DNA of 64,000 nucleotides from Pseudomonadales bacterium (lineage in GTDB: Bacteria; Pseudomonadota; Gammaproteobacteria; Pseudomonadales; JAHEIH01), in NCBI GenBank assembly GCA_035458985.1, contig DATHYR010000176.1:17971-81970 (forward strand), given 5' to 3'. The notes below the pieces were generated by a model. That model had not been told where the DNA came from. It did no database searches and saw only the letters and a program-made list of their open reading frames with translations. The translations under genes and the position numbers were made by a program. This document shows positions 19,143 through 31,228 of the stretch, one piece after another; the stretch's first letter is position 1, and every line of letters starts with the position of its first letter.

Positions 19143-21179
19143 TTAGTGGACGTCTTTCCAGTATTCGCGGTTTAACAACCAGGCAAATACAAAGAAAATT
19201 GCCAAGAAGAACATCACATAAATACCAATGCGCTTACGGTCTTGTTGCATTGGCTCAGCAACGTACTCCAAAAAATTAACCAAGTCGTACACGGTCTTAT
19301 CGAACTCTTCGGGTGATTGCGTACCTGCTTGAGTAACCACCAAACGGCCACACTCTTTCTCAAGAATATCTTCACCCGTTAACGGATCGCGCTTGATACC
19401 ACCATTGGCGGCCCTTACGGGACCCATGGCACACTCTTGCATGCCCTGCAATTCAAGGAATACGTGGGGCATACCAACGGCAGGGAACACCTTGTTGTTT
19501 ACACCGTAAGGACGCGTGTCATCCTTGTAGAAAGTGCGCAGGTAGGTATACAACCACTCAGGGTTACGCGCTCGTGCCACCAGAGTCAGATCAGGCGGCG
19601 CCGCACCAAACCACTTTTTTGCCTGTGCTTTTGGCATAGCATTAGTCATCAAAGATCCAATACTCGCGTCGTCATATATTATGTTTGCTTCCATAATATC
19701 GTAAGGAATGCCAAGATCGTCAGCGACACGAATGTAACGGCTGTACTGCAAGCTATGGCAAGCCATGCAGTAATTCATGTACGTATTCAAACCATTTTGA
19801 AGCGAGGCTTTATCATCTAAATTAGCTTCAAAGGCATCACACTCCATCGTACCGCATGGATATTCAGATTCTGCGCCAACAGCTTTGAGAGGAATAAATG
19901 CAAGGGCCATAATCAGGAAGAATGCACCCACCGATTTCCAGAATCCCATGCCGCCATTCATGGTGACACGCTCTGGAACTGGCTTAGTTTTCTCGATTGA
20001 GGTCCAAATAGGCATCAAAATAAAGAAGCTGAAATAAATAACAGTACAAATCTGGGCCAAGAGAGTGCGTGCAGGCGTTGGAGATTTGACACCCAACACA
20101 CCAAGGATTATGAAAGACGCCGTGAAAAGCACGAGCATTAATTTTGAAAATGACCCTTTGTAGCGAATTGAACGCACTGGGCTTCGATCCAACCAAGGCA
20201 ATAAGAACAAAATAACGACTGATGCACCAAAGGCTATAAAGCCAAGCAACTTATCAGGCACCGCTCGTAGCACTGAGTAGAAGGGCGTAAAGTACCACAC
20301 AGGCGCAATGTGCGCGGGTGTTTTGAGTGCGTCCGCTACTTCAAAGTTGGCATATTCCAGGAAGTAACCACCCATTTCAGGTGCAAAGAAAATAATCGCA
20401 CAGAAGGCAAATAAGAATATAACTATCGCCTGCACGTCATGCACACTGTAATAGGGGTGGAACTTGATACCATCAAGTGGCACACCGTTTGCGTCTTTAT
20501 TCTTTTTGATTTCAACGCCATCAGGGTTGTTTGAGCCCACTTCATGCAAGGCAAGAATGTGCAGCACAACCAGACCGAGTAAAACGATGGGCAGTGCCAC
20601 CACGTGCAGGGCGAAGAAACGGTTCAAGGTAATACCAGAAATCAGGTAGTCACCACGAATCCACTCTACCAAAGGATCACCAATCACCGGAATCGCTGAG
20701 AACAACGAAATAATAACCTGCGCACCCCAGTAAGACATCTGACCCCAAGGCAACACGTAACCTACGAAAGCTTCTGCCATCAGCACCAAGAAGATCATCA
20801 TACCAAACAGCCAAATCAGCTCGCGTGGCTTTTGATAAGATCCGTACATCAACGCACGGAACATGTGCAAATAGACAACCACGAAGAAGGCAGACGCACC
20901 AGTCGAATGCATATAACGCAAGATCCAACCGTAATCGACATCGCGCATGATGTATTCCACAGACGCGAACGCCGCCTCTGCACTTGGTGTGTAGTTCATA
21001 GTCAACCAGATACCAGTCAACAACTGGTTAACTAATACCAATAACGACAAAACACCGAACACATACCAGACGTTAAAGTTTTTAGGGGCATAGTATTTGC
21101 CCATGTGAGTATCCCATGCACGAACGATTGGCAATCGCGCATCTACCCACTCAACGAGACCTGTTAACATTTTGCTCAT
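19143..21179 (-). CDS. petBC: fused cytochrome b / cytochrome c1 of ubiquinol-cytochrome c reductase (single ORF)
   Basis: Residues 1 to about 405 form a complete cytochrome b, with heme-ligand His contexts RYMHSTG, YLHMFR, FFALHVV and VLHILALH, and a Qo motif PVWY. From M407 on there is a c1 signal-like segment, the CMACH heme motif, APPDLTLVAR and a C-terminal anchor ending REYWKDVH. There is no stop codon at the junction. Confidence 0.9.
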   Translation of the reverse strand: MSKMLTGLVEWVDARLPIVRAWDTHMGKYYAPKNFNVWYVFGVLSLLVLVNQLLTGIWLTMNYTPSAEAAFASVEYIMRDVDYGWILRYMHSTGASAFFVVVYLHMFRALMYGSYQKPRELIWLFGMMIFLVLMAEAFVGYVLPWGQMSYWGAQVIISLFSAIPVIGDPLVEWIRGDYLISGITLNRFFALHVVALPIVLLGLVVLHILALHEVGSNNPDGVEIKKNKDANGVPLDGIKFHPYYSVHDVQAIVIFLFAFCAIIFFAPEMGGYFLEYANFEVADALKTPAHIAPVWYFTPFYSVLRAVPDKLLGFIAFGASVVILFLLPWLDRSPVRSIRYKGSFSKLMLVLFTASFIILGVLGVKSPTPARTLLAQICTVIYFSFFILMPIWTSIEKTKPVPERVTMNGGMGFWKSVGAFFLIMALAFIPLKAVGAESEYPCGTMECDAFEANLDDKASLQNGLNTYMNYCMACHSLQYSRYIRVADDLGIPYDIMEANIIYDDASIGSLMTNAMPKAQAKKWFGAAPPDLTLVARARNPEWLYTYLRTFYKDDTRPYGVNNKVFPAVGMPHVFLELQGMQECAMGPVRAANGGIKRDPLTGEDILEKECGRLVVTQAGTQSPEEFDKTVYDLVNFLEYVAEPMQQDRKRIGIYVMFFLAIFFVFAWLLNREYWKDVH

Positions 21180-21778
21180 TATGCTGACTCCTGATCTACA
21201 CCGATGATAATTACGGCATCGGTTTCATACTTGTAGGGAGGAACGACAAGATTTTCAGAAGCTGGAACACCTTTGTAAACCCGGCCGGCAAGATCAAACA
21301 TAGAACCGTGGCATGGACAGAAGAATCCACCAATCCACTCACTACCATCTGGTGTAGGCACTGAACCCACTTCTGGCTTGAATTTTGGCGCACAACCTAA
21401 GTGGGTGCACAGACCAACCATCACCATAATGTCTTGACGAATAGCGCGCTCACGACCTGAAACATAAGCTGGCTGGTCAGACGTGCTCGACTCAGGATCT
21501 TTGAGCTGACCATCAAGACCTTCCAATGAAGCGAGATCGCTTTCGGAGCGGCGCATCACATAAACGGGCTTACCACGCCATTCAACCACGGCCATCTGAC
21601 CAACTTCCAGTTTGCTCACGTCGAATTTGACCGGAGCACCCGCCGCTTTAGCTTTTGCACTTGGATTCCAAGAACCCACGAAAGGCACGGCTACGCCGAC
21701 AACACCGCCCGCACCAACAACCGAAGTTGCAGTCGCTAAGAAACGGCGTCTAGTGGTGTTTACACCATCACTGCTCAT
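21179..21778 (-). CDS. petA: ubiquinol-cytochrome c reductase Rieske iron-sulfur subunit
   Basis: Twin-arginine signal TRRRFLATA and Rieske boxes CTHLGC and CPCHGS. The likely start ATG 21778 is preceded by AGGGGG. The ORF extends to 21835. Confidence 0.95.
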   Translation of the reverse strand: MSSDGVNTTRRRFLATATSVVGAGGVVGVAVPFVGSWNPSAKAKAAGAPVKFDVSKLEVGQMAVVEWRGKPVYVMRRSESDLASLEGLDGQLKDPESSTSDQPAYVSGRERAIRQDIMVMVGLCTHLGCAPKFKPEVGSVPTPDGSEWIGGFFCPCHGSMFDLAGRVYKGVPASENLVVPPYKYETDAVIIIGVDQESA

Positions 21779-21874
21779 TGAAAAAACCCCCTGAAGGAAA
21801 TGCCAATCTATATTTTTGCCGCGCCGATAGAACATCGATGCTCAAAAAGGGCTGCATAGTAATAAAACCGCGCG

Positions 21875-21883
21875 ATTATAACA
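21875..21883 (-). promoter_or_regulatory. candidate extended -10 promoter for petA
   Basis: The minus strand reads TGTTATAAT (TGnTATAAT). It lies about 95 nt upstream of the petA ATG and downstream of the rpsI terminator. Confidence 0.4.
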
Positions 21884-21941
21884 AGAAAACCACAGAAAAT
21901 GCGGGTAATTTTACACTTAAAAGTACGAATTTTTCGCACGT

Positions 21942-21979
21942 AAAAAAAAAGCGTCCCAACCAATGGCTGAGGACGCTTT
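21942..21979 (-). terminator. intrinsic terminator after rplM-rpsI
   Basis: The minus strand reads AAAGCGTCC...GGACGCTTT, a 9-bp stem that can extend inward, followed by a T-run (A-run 21942..21950 on the plus strand). It lies about 20 nt after the rpsI stop. Confidence 0.85.
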
Positions 21980-21999
21980 CGATACGCCAATCAGAAAGA

Positions 22000-22392
22000 T
22001 TAACGTTTTGAGAACTGTGGCTTCTTACGCGCTTTGCGAAGGCCCACTTTCTTACGCTCAACTTCACGCGCATCGCGGGTAACAAAACCCGCTTTGCGCA
22101 AACCGCCGCGCAGACTTTCATCGTACTCCATCAAAGCACGCGTAATGCCGTGACGAATCGCACCAGCCTGACCAAAGCTACCACCACCGGCAACTGTCAC
22201 GTTGATGTCGAATTTATCGGTCATTTCGACCAGCTCAAGTGGCTGACGAACAATCATACGTGCAACTTCGCGACCAAAGTATTCATCCAATGTGCGCTTG
22301 TTAACAGTGATTTGGCCCGAACCTGACTTCAGGAACACGCGAGCAGTAGAAGTCTTACGACGACCGGTGCCATAGTATTGTGTGGCTGACAT
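22000..22392 (-). CDS. rpsI: 30S ribosomal protein S9
   Basis: 130 aa. The sequence [14 protein letters not shown]...[19 protein letters not shown]...KKPQFSKR is unmistakably S9. Confidence 0.98.
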   Translation of the reverse strand: MSATQYYGTGRRKTSTARVFLKSGSGQITVNKRTLDEYFGREVARMIVRQPLELVEMTDKFDINVTVAGGGSFGQAGAIRHGITRALMEYDESLRGGLRKAGFVTRDAREVERKKVGLRKARKKPQFSKR

Positions 22393-22405
22393 ATTCGTAA
22401 TTCCG

Positions 22406-22834
22406 TTAAATATTCAATTCTTGTGGCTGCTGAGCGGCATGTGGATGCTCGTTACCGGCATATACCTTCAGCTTTTTCAACATTGCACGACCCAGGGGGT
22501 TACGTGGCAACATACCTTTAACTGCCAACTGCAGAACGCGCTCGGGAGCACGATCTAACAATTTATCAAAAGAGAATGACTTCAGGTTGCCGATGTAACC
22601 GGTCGAGAAGTGATACATTTTGTCTTTCGTTTTGTTGCCGGTAACGGTAATTTTATCGGCATTAACAACTACAATGTAGTCACCTGTATCAACGTGTGGT
22701 GTGTACTCAGGCTTGTGCTTACCGCGCAATCTGTGCGCAATCTCGCTAGCCAGGCGACCCAACGTCTTATTCTCGGCGTCTACAACATACCAGTCACGTT
22801 GAACGGACTCAGCTTTCGCACTATAGGTTTTCAT
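22406..22834 (-). CDS. rplM: 50S ribosomal protein L13
   Basis: 142 aa. The sequence MKTYSAK...[40 protein letters not shown] is typical of L13. Confidence 0.98.
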   Translation of the reverse strand: MKTYSAKAESVQRDWYVVDAENKTLGRLASEIAHRLRGKHKPEYTPHVDTGDYIVVVNADKITVTGNKTKDKMYHFSTGYIGNLKSFSFDKLLDRAPERVLQLAVKGMLPRNPLGRAMLKKLKVYAGNEHPHAAQQPQELNI

Positions 22835-22875
22835 TTAAATTCGCCCCAAAGACACTGCGGTAAAAAAGAGCGCGA

Positions 22876-22904
22876 ATACTACACGAGGAATTCGTATAGA
22901 TCAA
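22876..22904 (-). promoter_or_regulatory. candidate sigma70 promoter for rplM-rpsI
   Basis: The minus strand reads TTGATC (22904..22899), a 17-nt spacer, then TAGTAT (22881..22876). It lies about 40 nt upstream of the rplM ATG. Confidence 0.45.
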
Positions 22905-22944
22905 CACTCTTTCGTTAATAAATAATAATTGCTGCCGTGACAAA

Positions 22945-24048
22945 TTACGGCTTGTGAGGTCTAGCCAAAAACTCCGTGGACTGCATTTCCAACAGGCGGC
23001 TTTGTGTGCGCTGAAACTCAAATGAGAGTTTACCACCCACATAGAGATCCGTCAGCCCCACAGCGGAAGAAATAATCAATTTAACGTTCCGATCGTAAAA
23101 TTCGTCGACCAAATTAATGAAGCGCCTTGCTTGATCGTCTTTCTCACGCTGCATCTGCGGCACATCACTCAAAATGACGGCGTGAAACTCTCTTGCCAAT
23201 TCAATATAGTCATTTTGACTTCGCGGCCCATCGCAGAGCGCAGCAAAGTCGAACCACACCACATCGTCGCATACTTTTTTCGCAACAATCAGACGCCCCT
23301 CAACCTCTAGCGCCACATTTTCACGATGCTCGGCGTGATCAGGCGCCAAGGTAACCATGAACGCCTCTAACTTGGCGTCCGCCTCAACACCACATGGCGT
23401 GTAAAAAAGGGGCGCCTGCTGCAACGCACGCAGTCGATAATCGACACCACCATCAACATTTAACACGCGGGTATGCTCTTTTAACGCTGCGATCGCCGGC
23501 AGAAATCGTTGCCGCTGGAGACCGTCGCGGTAAAGCTCATCTGGCACGATGTTAGACGTTGCTAATAAACTGACACCTCGTGAAAACATCTGTTGAAATA
23601 AACCGCCAAGAATCATCGCATCGGCAATATCCGAGACAAAGAACTCATCAAAACAAATGACGCGATACTCACTAGCCAATTCTGCAGCAATAATATCGAG
23701 TGGATTTTTCTGACCATCCAGCCCCTTAAGTCGCTTATGGACACGCTGCATAAATCGGTGGAAATGCGTGCGATACTTTCTCTCAAACGGCAGGGCGTCA
23801 AAAAACACATCCATCAAATAGGTTTTTCCGCGACCTACGCCACCCCAGAAGTACAAGCCACGCACACACTCGACGCGAGGCTTCACTAAACCTAATCGTT
23901 GCAGCAGACTCTTTTGATGGCTGCGCGCCTCGGCGGCCACCAATTCTTCCCAAAAGTGCTGCAAATGTGACACGGCCATTTCTTGCGCTGGATCGTACTG
24001 AAATCCCTCTCTTTTTAGGTCGGCACGATAATGCTGCTCAGGCGTCAT
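22945..24048 (-). CDS. zapE: cell division protein ZapE (AFG1/YhcM-family ATPase)
   Basis: Walker A GGVGRGKT and Walker B VICFDEF. The likely start is ATG 24048 (MTPEQHYRADL); the ORF extends to 24096. It is adjacent to rplM, as in E. coli. Confidence 0.9.
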   Translation of the reverse strand: MTPEQHYRADLKREGFQYDPAQEMAVSHLQHFWEELVAAEARSHQKSLLQRLGLVKPRVECVRGLYFWGGVGRGKTYLMDVFFDALPFERKYRTHFHRFMQRVHKRLKGLDGQKNPLDIIAAELASEYRVICFDEFFVSDIADAMILGGLFQQMFSRGVSLLATSNIVPDELYRDGLQRQRFLPAIAALKEHTRVLNVDGGVDYRLRALQQAPLFYTPCGVEADAKLEAFMVTLAPDHAEHRENVALEVEGRLIVAKKVCDDVVWFDFAALCDGPRSQNDYIELAREFHAVILSDVPQMQREKDDQARRFINLVDEFYDRNVKLIISSAVGLTDLYVGGKLSFEFQRTQSRLLEMQSTEFLARPHKP

Positions 24049-24196
24049 AAATACGGCATCCAAAAAACAATGAGACGGGGATTTTAACAGCGCCAAGGTT
24101 TCACACCAAACGCATTGTCGCCAAAAGTATATAGTGTGATAACGCCATCATCGCGCTATACTTATTGCCACTACAAAACGGATATTGGGAGCCCCT

Positions 24197-24703
24197 GTGT
24201 ACGAATTAAATGAGCTCATATTAGCTGCCATCGCCAGCTTAATACTCGGCGGCGTTGCTGGTTTAGTATTTGGTAACAGCAAAAACACAGCAAATAAAAA
24301 GAATAAGGACCTTGAGAAGAGTTTGGCCGAGAGCCAAGAAGAATTACGCGGCTATCAAAAACAAGTCAACGAACACTTTCAAAAGACAGCCGAATTGGTA
24401 AGAGAGCTTAACGAGAGCTACCGCGGCGTTCACCAACACCTCGCGCAAGGCGCACATCAGCTTGCACAAATGAACCCAAGCGCCTACCTTTCGCTCATCG
24501 GCGGTCGAAGCGAAGACGAACTCACCGAAGAAGAATTGGCACACATTCGCCAACCTCTTGACTACTCACCAAAGAAGTCACCTGATGAAAAAGGCATGTT
24601 GCGGGAAGACTTTGGTCTAGAAAAGGTTAAGCCCCAAAGCGATGACGACGATGATGACCTGAGCGAATATGGCGAAACACCGATCGCACCGCCCAAATTT
24701 TAA
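24197..24703 (+). CDS. zapG: Z-ring associated protein ZapG (YhcB, DUF1043)
   Basis: An N-terminal TM helix is followed by a coiled coil (QEELRGYQKQVNEHFQKTAELVRELNESYR) and an acidic tail. GTG 24197 is preceded by GGGAG; the ORF-track start TTG 24185 is an alternative. It is divergent from zapE, as in E. coli. Confidence 0.8.
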   Translation: MYELNELILAAIASLILGGVAGLVFGNSKNTANKKNKDLEKSLAESQEELRGYQKQVNEHFQKTAELVRELNESYRGVHQHLAQGAHQLAQMNPSAYLSLIGGRSEDELTEEELAHIRQPLDYSPKKSPDEKGMLREDFGLEKVKPQSDDDDDDLSEYGETPIAPPKF

Positions 24704-25449
24704 ACCGGGTTATCCATATCCACAAAATAATGAGTGAGCCCAAAACGCTCACTCAGATGTTCACCCAACGCCTTTACCCCATAGCGCTCGGTCGCATGAT
24801 GACCAGCCGCCACATAATGAACATCCATCTCTCGAGCTGTGTGCACGGTTGGCTCAGAAATTTCCCCAGAAATGAACATCTGCGCACCCAGACGACTCGC
24901 CTCAAGCAGCATTGATTGGGCAGCGCCTGTACACCAAGCTACACGGCTCAACAGCGGTTTTTGCGCCTCAATATGCAGAGGTTGTCGCTGCAATTTTTCC
25001 CCTAACAATGACACTATATTCTCGGCTGACACAGGATCATCAAATTGCGTCATCCAAATAAGTCCATCGTCGCTAGCCGCATATCCCTCCCAGCCCAATA
25101 ACCTCGCTAACTGGGCATTATTACCGACCACTGGATGCAGGTCGAGCGGCAAGTGATATGCCAAAAGACTCAAATTATGACGGAATAATTTAGCGATACG
25201 ACGCCCCTTCATCCCCGTCAATGCAGGCGACTCCCCCTTCCAGAAATACCCATGGTGTACCAAAAGCACATCGGCTTCGAGCTCAATGGCGCGATCAATA
25301 GCGCGCTCACTGGCGGTAACAGCGCTTACGATCACTGAGGCGTACTGTGTGGCATCAACCTGAAGTCCATTAGGGCAATAATCACTAATGGCCGCACTGT
25401 TAAGCTGCTCATCACAATACGCCACCAAATCACTCACAAGAACTGACAT
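24700..25449 (-). CDS. Nif3-like dinuclear metal center protein (YbgI family)
   Basis: 249 aa. Motifs VLLVHHGYFW and AGHHATE are characteristic of the NIF3/YbgI family. Confidence 0.85.
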   Translation of the reverse strand: MSVLVSDLVAYCDEQLNSAAISDYCPNGLQVDATQYASVIVSAVTASERAIDRAIELEADVLLVHHGYFWKGESPALTGMKGRRIAKLFRHNLSLLAYHLPLDLHPVVGNNAQLARLLGWEGYAASDDGLIWMTQFDDPVSAENIVSLLGEKLQRQPLHIEAQKPLLSRVAWCTGAAQSMLLEASRLGAQMFISGEISEPTVHTAREMDVHYVAAGHHATERYGVKALGEHLSERFGLTHYFVDMDNPV

Positions 25450-25525
25450 TCGCTGCTATTCCTTTGTTTTGTCTATGATATAGTGCCAAGACTAACAACA
25501 TTTAAAGAAGACGTCACACGCCAAT

Positions 25526-26596
25526 ATGCTCCAATTTAAACGCTTTTTTTGGCCGGTTATCTGCGGCACGCTCCTCTCCGTTGTGTTGATTCAACAATAC
25601 CCGCATCTTGTCGGCCTGCCTGCCAACCCCGCACAAAGCTTTCGGACAGAGCATATCTCCTTCGCCAATGCGGTCAGCAAGGCCACACCGTCGGTCGTTA
25701 ATATTTATACCGCGACAAAGGTACGTGACAAACTTCCCCAGCGGGTGCGCCCTAGCGAACGCACCGAGCTGAGCTTGGGCTCGGGAATCATAATGGACGC
25801 CGCGGGCTACATCCTTACCAACTATCACGTTATCCATGATGCAGACCAAATTTTAGTGATGCTCTTTGATGGTCGTGAGGCGCTGGCACGCGTGGTGGGG
25901 GTTGATCCGGACACTGACCTCGCGGTCTTAAAAATTGAGCTTGGGAATCTCATCCCCATTACGGTCGGCGACCCGAACATGGCAAGAGTGGGCGATGTGG
26001 TGCTAGCTATCGGCAATCCTTATGGCTTTGGACACAGCGTTAGCCAAGGCATTATTAGCGCCACCGGGCGCTACAACCTAAAGCTCACTAAGTACGAAAA
26101 CTACATTCAAACAGATGCCACCATTAACCGCGGCAATTCAGGGGGCGCCTTGACCGATACTAACGGCAACCTTCTTGGCATCAATTCTGCCCTCTTCAAT
26201 CCTAACAGCGACAGTAGCGATGGCATTGGTTTAGCCATTCCTGCAGATACCGCCACCCATATCATGCAATCGATCATCATGAATGGTCGCGTTGTCCGAG
26301 GCTGGATGGGAGTGGAAGTGGAGCAGATGAGACCCAACGACCTCAAGGCACTGGGTCTGAATCAGGGACTGCTCATTACTGGACTCAACGAAGGGGGCCC
26401 GGCCTTTAAAGCCGGCCTCAAAGAGGGCGACATCATTACCCACATCAACGGGCGCTTGATCAATGACGCACGAGCAGCCATGAACCGCATCGCTCTCTCT
26501 ACCCCTGGGCAAGGGGTAGATATTGAATACATGAGAGAAGGTATCGCCTACCACACGGAGATCGTAGTAGGCACACGTCCAAATAGCGACAACTAA
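25526..26596 (+). CDS. degS: DegS/AlgW-type periplasmic serine endoprotease (trypsin domain plus one PDZ)
   Basis: 356 aa with an N-terminal anchor. The catalytic triad contexts are TNYHVI, DLAVLK and GNSGGAL. There is a single C-terminal PDZ domain. It sits next to hisC, as algW does in Pseudomonas. Confidence 0.9.
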   Translation: MLQFKRFFWPVICGTLLSVVLIQQYPHLVGLPANPAQSFRTEHISFANAVSKATPSVVNIYTATKVRDKLPQRVRPSERTELSLGSGIIMDAAGYILTNYHVIHDADQILVMLFDGREALARVVGVDPDTDLAVLKIELGNLIPITVGDPNMARVGDVVLAIGNPYGFGHSVSQGIISATGRYNLKLTKYENYIQTDATINRGNSGGALTDTNGNLLGINSALFNPNSDSSDGIGLAIPADTATHIMQSIIMNGRVVRGWMGVEVEQMRPNDLKALGLNQGLLITGLNEGGPAFKAGLKEGDIITHINGRLINDARAAMNRIALSTPGQGVDIEYMREGIAYHTEIVVGTRPNSDN

Positions 26597-27657
26597 AGAC
26601 CGAACGCGTCGAGCGCCGTCAACAACGCCGCATTTTGCTCAGGCGTGCCAATGGTAATACGGAGGTAATTATCGATACGCGGTTTGTTGAAGTGACGCAC
26701 AATCACGCCCTGTTCGCGCAACGCTTGTGCAATTTTTGCCGCGGTCTGTGTGCCATGCGACGCAAACACAAAGTTAGCCGCCGAGGGCAATACAGTGAAG
26801 CCGCGCGACCTTAACGCCTCCACCAGTAACTCTCGATCGCGCATCACCGCGTGGCACGACGCCTGAAAGTGATCTTCATCGTCAAACGAGGCAATCGCGG
26901 CCAACTCCGCCAATCGATCCACCGGATAAGAATTAAAACTATCTTTAACGCGTACCAAAGCCTCAATAAGATCGGCATGCCCCATCGCAAAGCCAATCCT
27001 CATCCCAGCGAGCGCTCGAGATTTAGACAAGGTTTGTACTACCAACAAATTGGTGAAACGTGAGATAAGTGACGCGGCCGTTTTACCGCCGAAATCAATA
27101 TAAGCCTCATCCACAATAACGACACAATCAGGGTTCGCATGCAGCAGCGACTCAATGACCTCTAACGATAACAACATGCCAGTGGGCGCATTGGGATTAG
27201 GAAGAATGACCCCCCCCGCATTTTGAAAGGCAGCCACATCAATGCTGAAGTCATCACGCAACGGAACCGTACAAAATTCAATCCCATAAAGTCCGCAGTA
27301 CACCGGATAAAAACTGTAGCTTATCTCAGGAAAGAGCAGCGGCTTATCCTGCTTAAAAAACGCATTGAAAGCATGCGCCAACACTTCATCTGAACCATTG
27401 CCAACGAACACTTGATCATTGGCGAGCCCATGGTATTGGGCAATTTTTTGCACCAAAGCTTGCGAAGCAGGATCGGGGTACAAGCGCAAATGATCACCCC
27501 GTTGCTCGAGCTCATCACGCAACACCTGCAAGACCTTTGGCGAGGGACCATAAGGGCTTTCATTGGTATTTAATTTCACCAAATTGGCAATTTTGGGCTG
27601 TTCACCTGGCACATAAGGATGCAATTGGTGAACATGTTTAGACCACAATGATGACAT
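26593..27657 (-). CDS. hisC: histidinol-phosphate aminotransferase
   Basis: 354 aa class-II aminotransferase with the PLP-lysine context [14 protein letters not shown]. It belongs to the hisG-hisD-hisC cluster. Confidence 0.93.
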   Translation of the reverse strand: MSSLWSKHVHQLHPYVPGEQPKIANLVKLNTNESPYGPSPKVLQVLRDELEQRGDHLRLYPDPASQALVQKIAQYHGLANDQVFVGNGSDEVLAHAFNAFFKQDKPLLFPEISYSFYPVYCGLYGIEFCTVPLRDDFSIDVAAFQNAGGVILPNPNAPTGMLLSLEVIESLLHANPDCVVIVDEAYIDFGGKTAASLISRFTNLLVVQTLSKSRALAGMRIGFAMGHADLIEALVRVKDSFNSYPVDRLAELAAIASFDDEDHFQASCHAVMRDRELLVEALRSRGFTVLPSAANFVFASHGTQTAAKIAQALREQGVIVRHFNKPRIDNYLRITIGTPEQNAALLTALDAFGL

Positions 27658-27660
27658 CCA

Positions 27661-28968
27661 CTAATCCTCGTCGAGGATCCGCATCTCTGCAGATCTTGCG
27701 TGGGCGGTCAGCGACTCGCCTCGCGCCAATACCGACGCCACAGCGGCCAACTCAGAAGCCCCTTGGGCTGAACAATGAATAATCGAAGAACGCTTTTGGA
27801 AGTCATAGACCCCCAAGGGTGATGAGAAACGCGCAGTGCCAGATGTCGGCAATACGTGGTTGGGACCAGCGCAATAGTCACCCAATGCCTCAGGTGTATA
27901 ACGACCTACAAAAATAGCACCCGCATGTCGAATCGAGGGCAGATAACGTTCTGCCTGCGCCACTGAGAGCTCTAAATGTTCCGGAGCAATACGATTGGTG
28001 AGGGCAATAGCCTGCTCCATCGTATCTACCAGCACGATCGCTCCACGATTGCGCAACGACGTTTCAATGATATCCGCACGCTCCATTGTAGGGAGTAACG
28101 ACGCAATACTGCGTAGGACCTGGTCTGCAAAATCGGCATCGGTGGTAATCAAAATGGACTGCGCATCCTCGTCGTGCTCTGCTTGAGAGAACAAATCCAT
28201 CGCAATCCAGTCGGGATTCGTTTGGCCGTCACACACCACCAAAATCTCAGAAGGACCCGCGATCATGTCCAGACCTACCTGGCCAAACACCGCACGTTTT
28301 GCCGTCGCGACATAGATATTGCCGGGGCCGACAATTTTATCCACCTTGGGCACGCTGGCCGTTCCATAAGCCAGGGCAGCGATTGCTTGCGCCCCCCCTA
28401 TTCGAAATACCCGATTGACGCCAGCAATCCGTGCCGCCGCCAACACCATTGGATTTACCTCGCCACGCGGCGTGGGTACGACCATAATAATTTCTTCAAC
28501 ACCTGCAACGCGTGCAGGAATAGCGTTCATTAACACCGAAGAGGGATACGTGGCTTTCCCTCCGGGCACATAAATACCTACACGCTGCATTGGGGTAATC
28601 TGCTGCCCCAATACGTTGCCATTAGCTTCTGTATACTGCCAAGACGTCTGTAATTGGTGGCGGTGATAGGCTTCGATACGCTCAGCCGCGGCTCGCAAGG
28701 CATAGAGCGTTTCTTCTGGCAGAGAATCCAAGGCGGCCTCTAAATCTTGTGCCGGAATCTCCAAGGCGCTCGCATCTGCCAAACTCAACTGGTCAAAACG
28801 CTCGGTGAAGGCTAATAACGCCTCATCGCCCTTAGCAACAACATCGGCAATAATATCCTCTACCGCTTTAGCAACGCGCGCGTCCGACACGGACTCCCAC
28901 GCCAACAGTTGATCCATTCGGGCGTTAAAGTCTTCCGCGGTGTAATGCAGAACAGGCATCAATGACAT
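27661..28968 (-). CDS. hisD: histidinol dehydrogenase
   Basis: 435 aa. Motifs DLFSQAEHD and [13 protein letters not shown] are typical of HisD. Confidence 0.96.
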   Translation of the reverse strand: MSLMPVLHYTAEDFNARMDQLLAWESVSDARVAKAVEDIIADVVAKGDEALLAFTERFDQLSLADASALEIPAQDLEAALDSLPEETLYALRAAAERIEAYHRHQLQTSWQYTEANGNVLGQQITPMQRVGIYVPGGKATYPSSVLMNAIPARVAGVEEIIMVVPTPRGEVNPMVLAAARIAGVNRVFRIGGAQAIAALAYGTASVPKVDKIVGPGNIYVATAKRAVFGQVGLDMIAGPSEILVVCDGQTNPDWIAMDLFSQAEHDEDAQSILITTDADFADQVLRSIASLLPTMERADIIETSLRNRGAIVLVDTMEQAIALTNRIAPEHLELSVAQAERYLPSIRHAGAIFVGRYTPEALGDYCAGPNHVLPTSGTARFSSPLGVYDFQKRSSIIHCSAQGASELAAVASVLARGESLTAHARSAEMRILDED

Positions 28969-28982
28969 GGGTAAACTACTCG

Positions 28983-29621
28983 CTAATGACGGGCATCGAC
29001 AGCCGCGGCTAGCTGGCTAATCAACGCTTCAATTTTTTGATGTTTCATTTTTAGCGACGCCTTGTTTACGACCAGCCGTGAACTGACGTCAGCAATGTGC
29101 TCCATGGGCACCAAGCCATTGGCACGCAAGGTGTTACCGGTATCGACAATATCTACGATGCGATCACACAACCCCATGATCGGTGCCAATTCCATGGCAC
29201 CATACAATTTAATCACATCTACTTGTACGCCCTGACGGGCATAGAAGTCCTTGGCAACATTGACAAATTTTGTGGCGACACGCACACGCCCATGAGACAG
29301 CGGCTGATGAGGGATGCCTGCGGTCATTAATCGGCACTTGGCTATCTGCAGGTCGAGGGGCTCATAGAGCTCTGTACCCCCCTCTTCGAGCAACATATCC
29401 TTGCCAGACACCCCCATATCCGCCGCTCCGTATCGTACATAGGTCGGCACATCCACACCGCGCAATAACAAAAAACGCACATCGTCACGGCTGGTAGGAA
29501 ATATGAGCTTGCGACTTTTTTCCATGTCCTCTAGCGGGGTAATGCCTGCATCGGCAAACAACGGCAGGGTTTCATTGAGGATCCGCCCCTTGGTCAAAGC
29601 AATGGTAATCATCGTGGTCAT
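28983..29621 (-). CDS. hisG: ATP phosphoribosyltransferase, short form (HisZ-dependent type)
   Basis: 212 aa. It has LTIALTKGR...[14 protein letters not shown] and lacks the C-terminal regulatory domain of long HisG. This implies hisZ lies elsewhere in the genome. Confidence 0.93.
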   Translation of the reverse strand: MTTMITIALTKGRILNETLPLFADAGITPLEDMEKSRKLIFPTSRDDVRFLLLRGVDVPTYVRYGAADMGVSGKDMLLEEGGTELYEPLDLQIAKCRLMTAGIPHQPLSHGRVRVATKFVNVAKDFYARQGVQVDVIKLYGAMELAPIMGLCDRIVDIVDTGNTLRANGLVPMEHIADVSSRLVVNKASLKMKHQKIEALISQLAAAVDARH

Positions 29622-29629
29622 GACCCTAC

Positions 29630-30895
<1,266 letters not shown>

Positions 30896-31135
30896 TTATG
30901 CCTGCGCCTGCCACTCAGAAGGACTGAACGTCTTAATGTGCAGTGCATGAATAGTACCGCTTAGAACGTGTTCATTGAGAACGGCATAGATCATCTGCTG
31001 GCGCTTCACGCGAGACACACCATCAAACGCCTCGCTAATGGCGGTGACAAAGTAGTGATTACCGTCGTTATTAACTTCTATTTCGCTATTGGGAAGCGCA
31101 TCTCTTAATAGCGCTGCGACCTGATCAACTTGCAT
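30896..31135 (-). CDS. ibaG: BolA-family protein IbaG (YrbA)
   Basis: 79 aa of the BolA fold (HYFVTAISEAFDGVSRVKRQQMIY...IHALHIKTFSPSEW). It lies immediately upstream of murA, as in E. coli and Pseudomonas. Confidence 0.88.
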   Translation of the reverse strand: MQVDQVAALLRDALPNSEIEVNNDGNHYFVTAISEAFDGVSRVKRQQMIYAVLNEHVLSGTIHALHIKTFSPSEWQAQA

Positions 31136-31228
31136 TTACGTCTCCCACGTTGTGGTGGTGTAGTGGCGGTTTATCCGCAAACCGCCATTTTAACGCAAAT
31201 TGATCAGGATGGGGACAGTTAGCGTCAA

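Noticed and set aside
27210-27217. C8/G8 homopolymer inside hisC (another C7 at about 28383 in hisD)
   Set aside because: Both lie in the middle of intact, full-length biosynthetic genes. They encode the Gly-Gly of NAGGVIL in hisC and the Gly-Gly of IGGAQA in hisD, with no sign of a frameshift. Without population data there is no reason to invoke phase variation.
31165-31186. GC hairpin GGCGGTTT-atccgc-AAACCGCC between mlaC and ibaG as a possible REP element or terminator
   Set aside because: There is no T-run on the transcribed (minus) strand. I noticed no additional copies in the window, so neither a terminator nor a repeat-family call is supportable. It is mentioned only as context for the missing mlaB.
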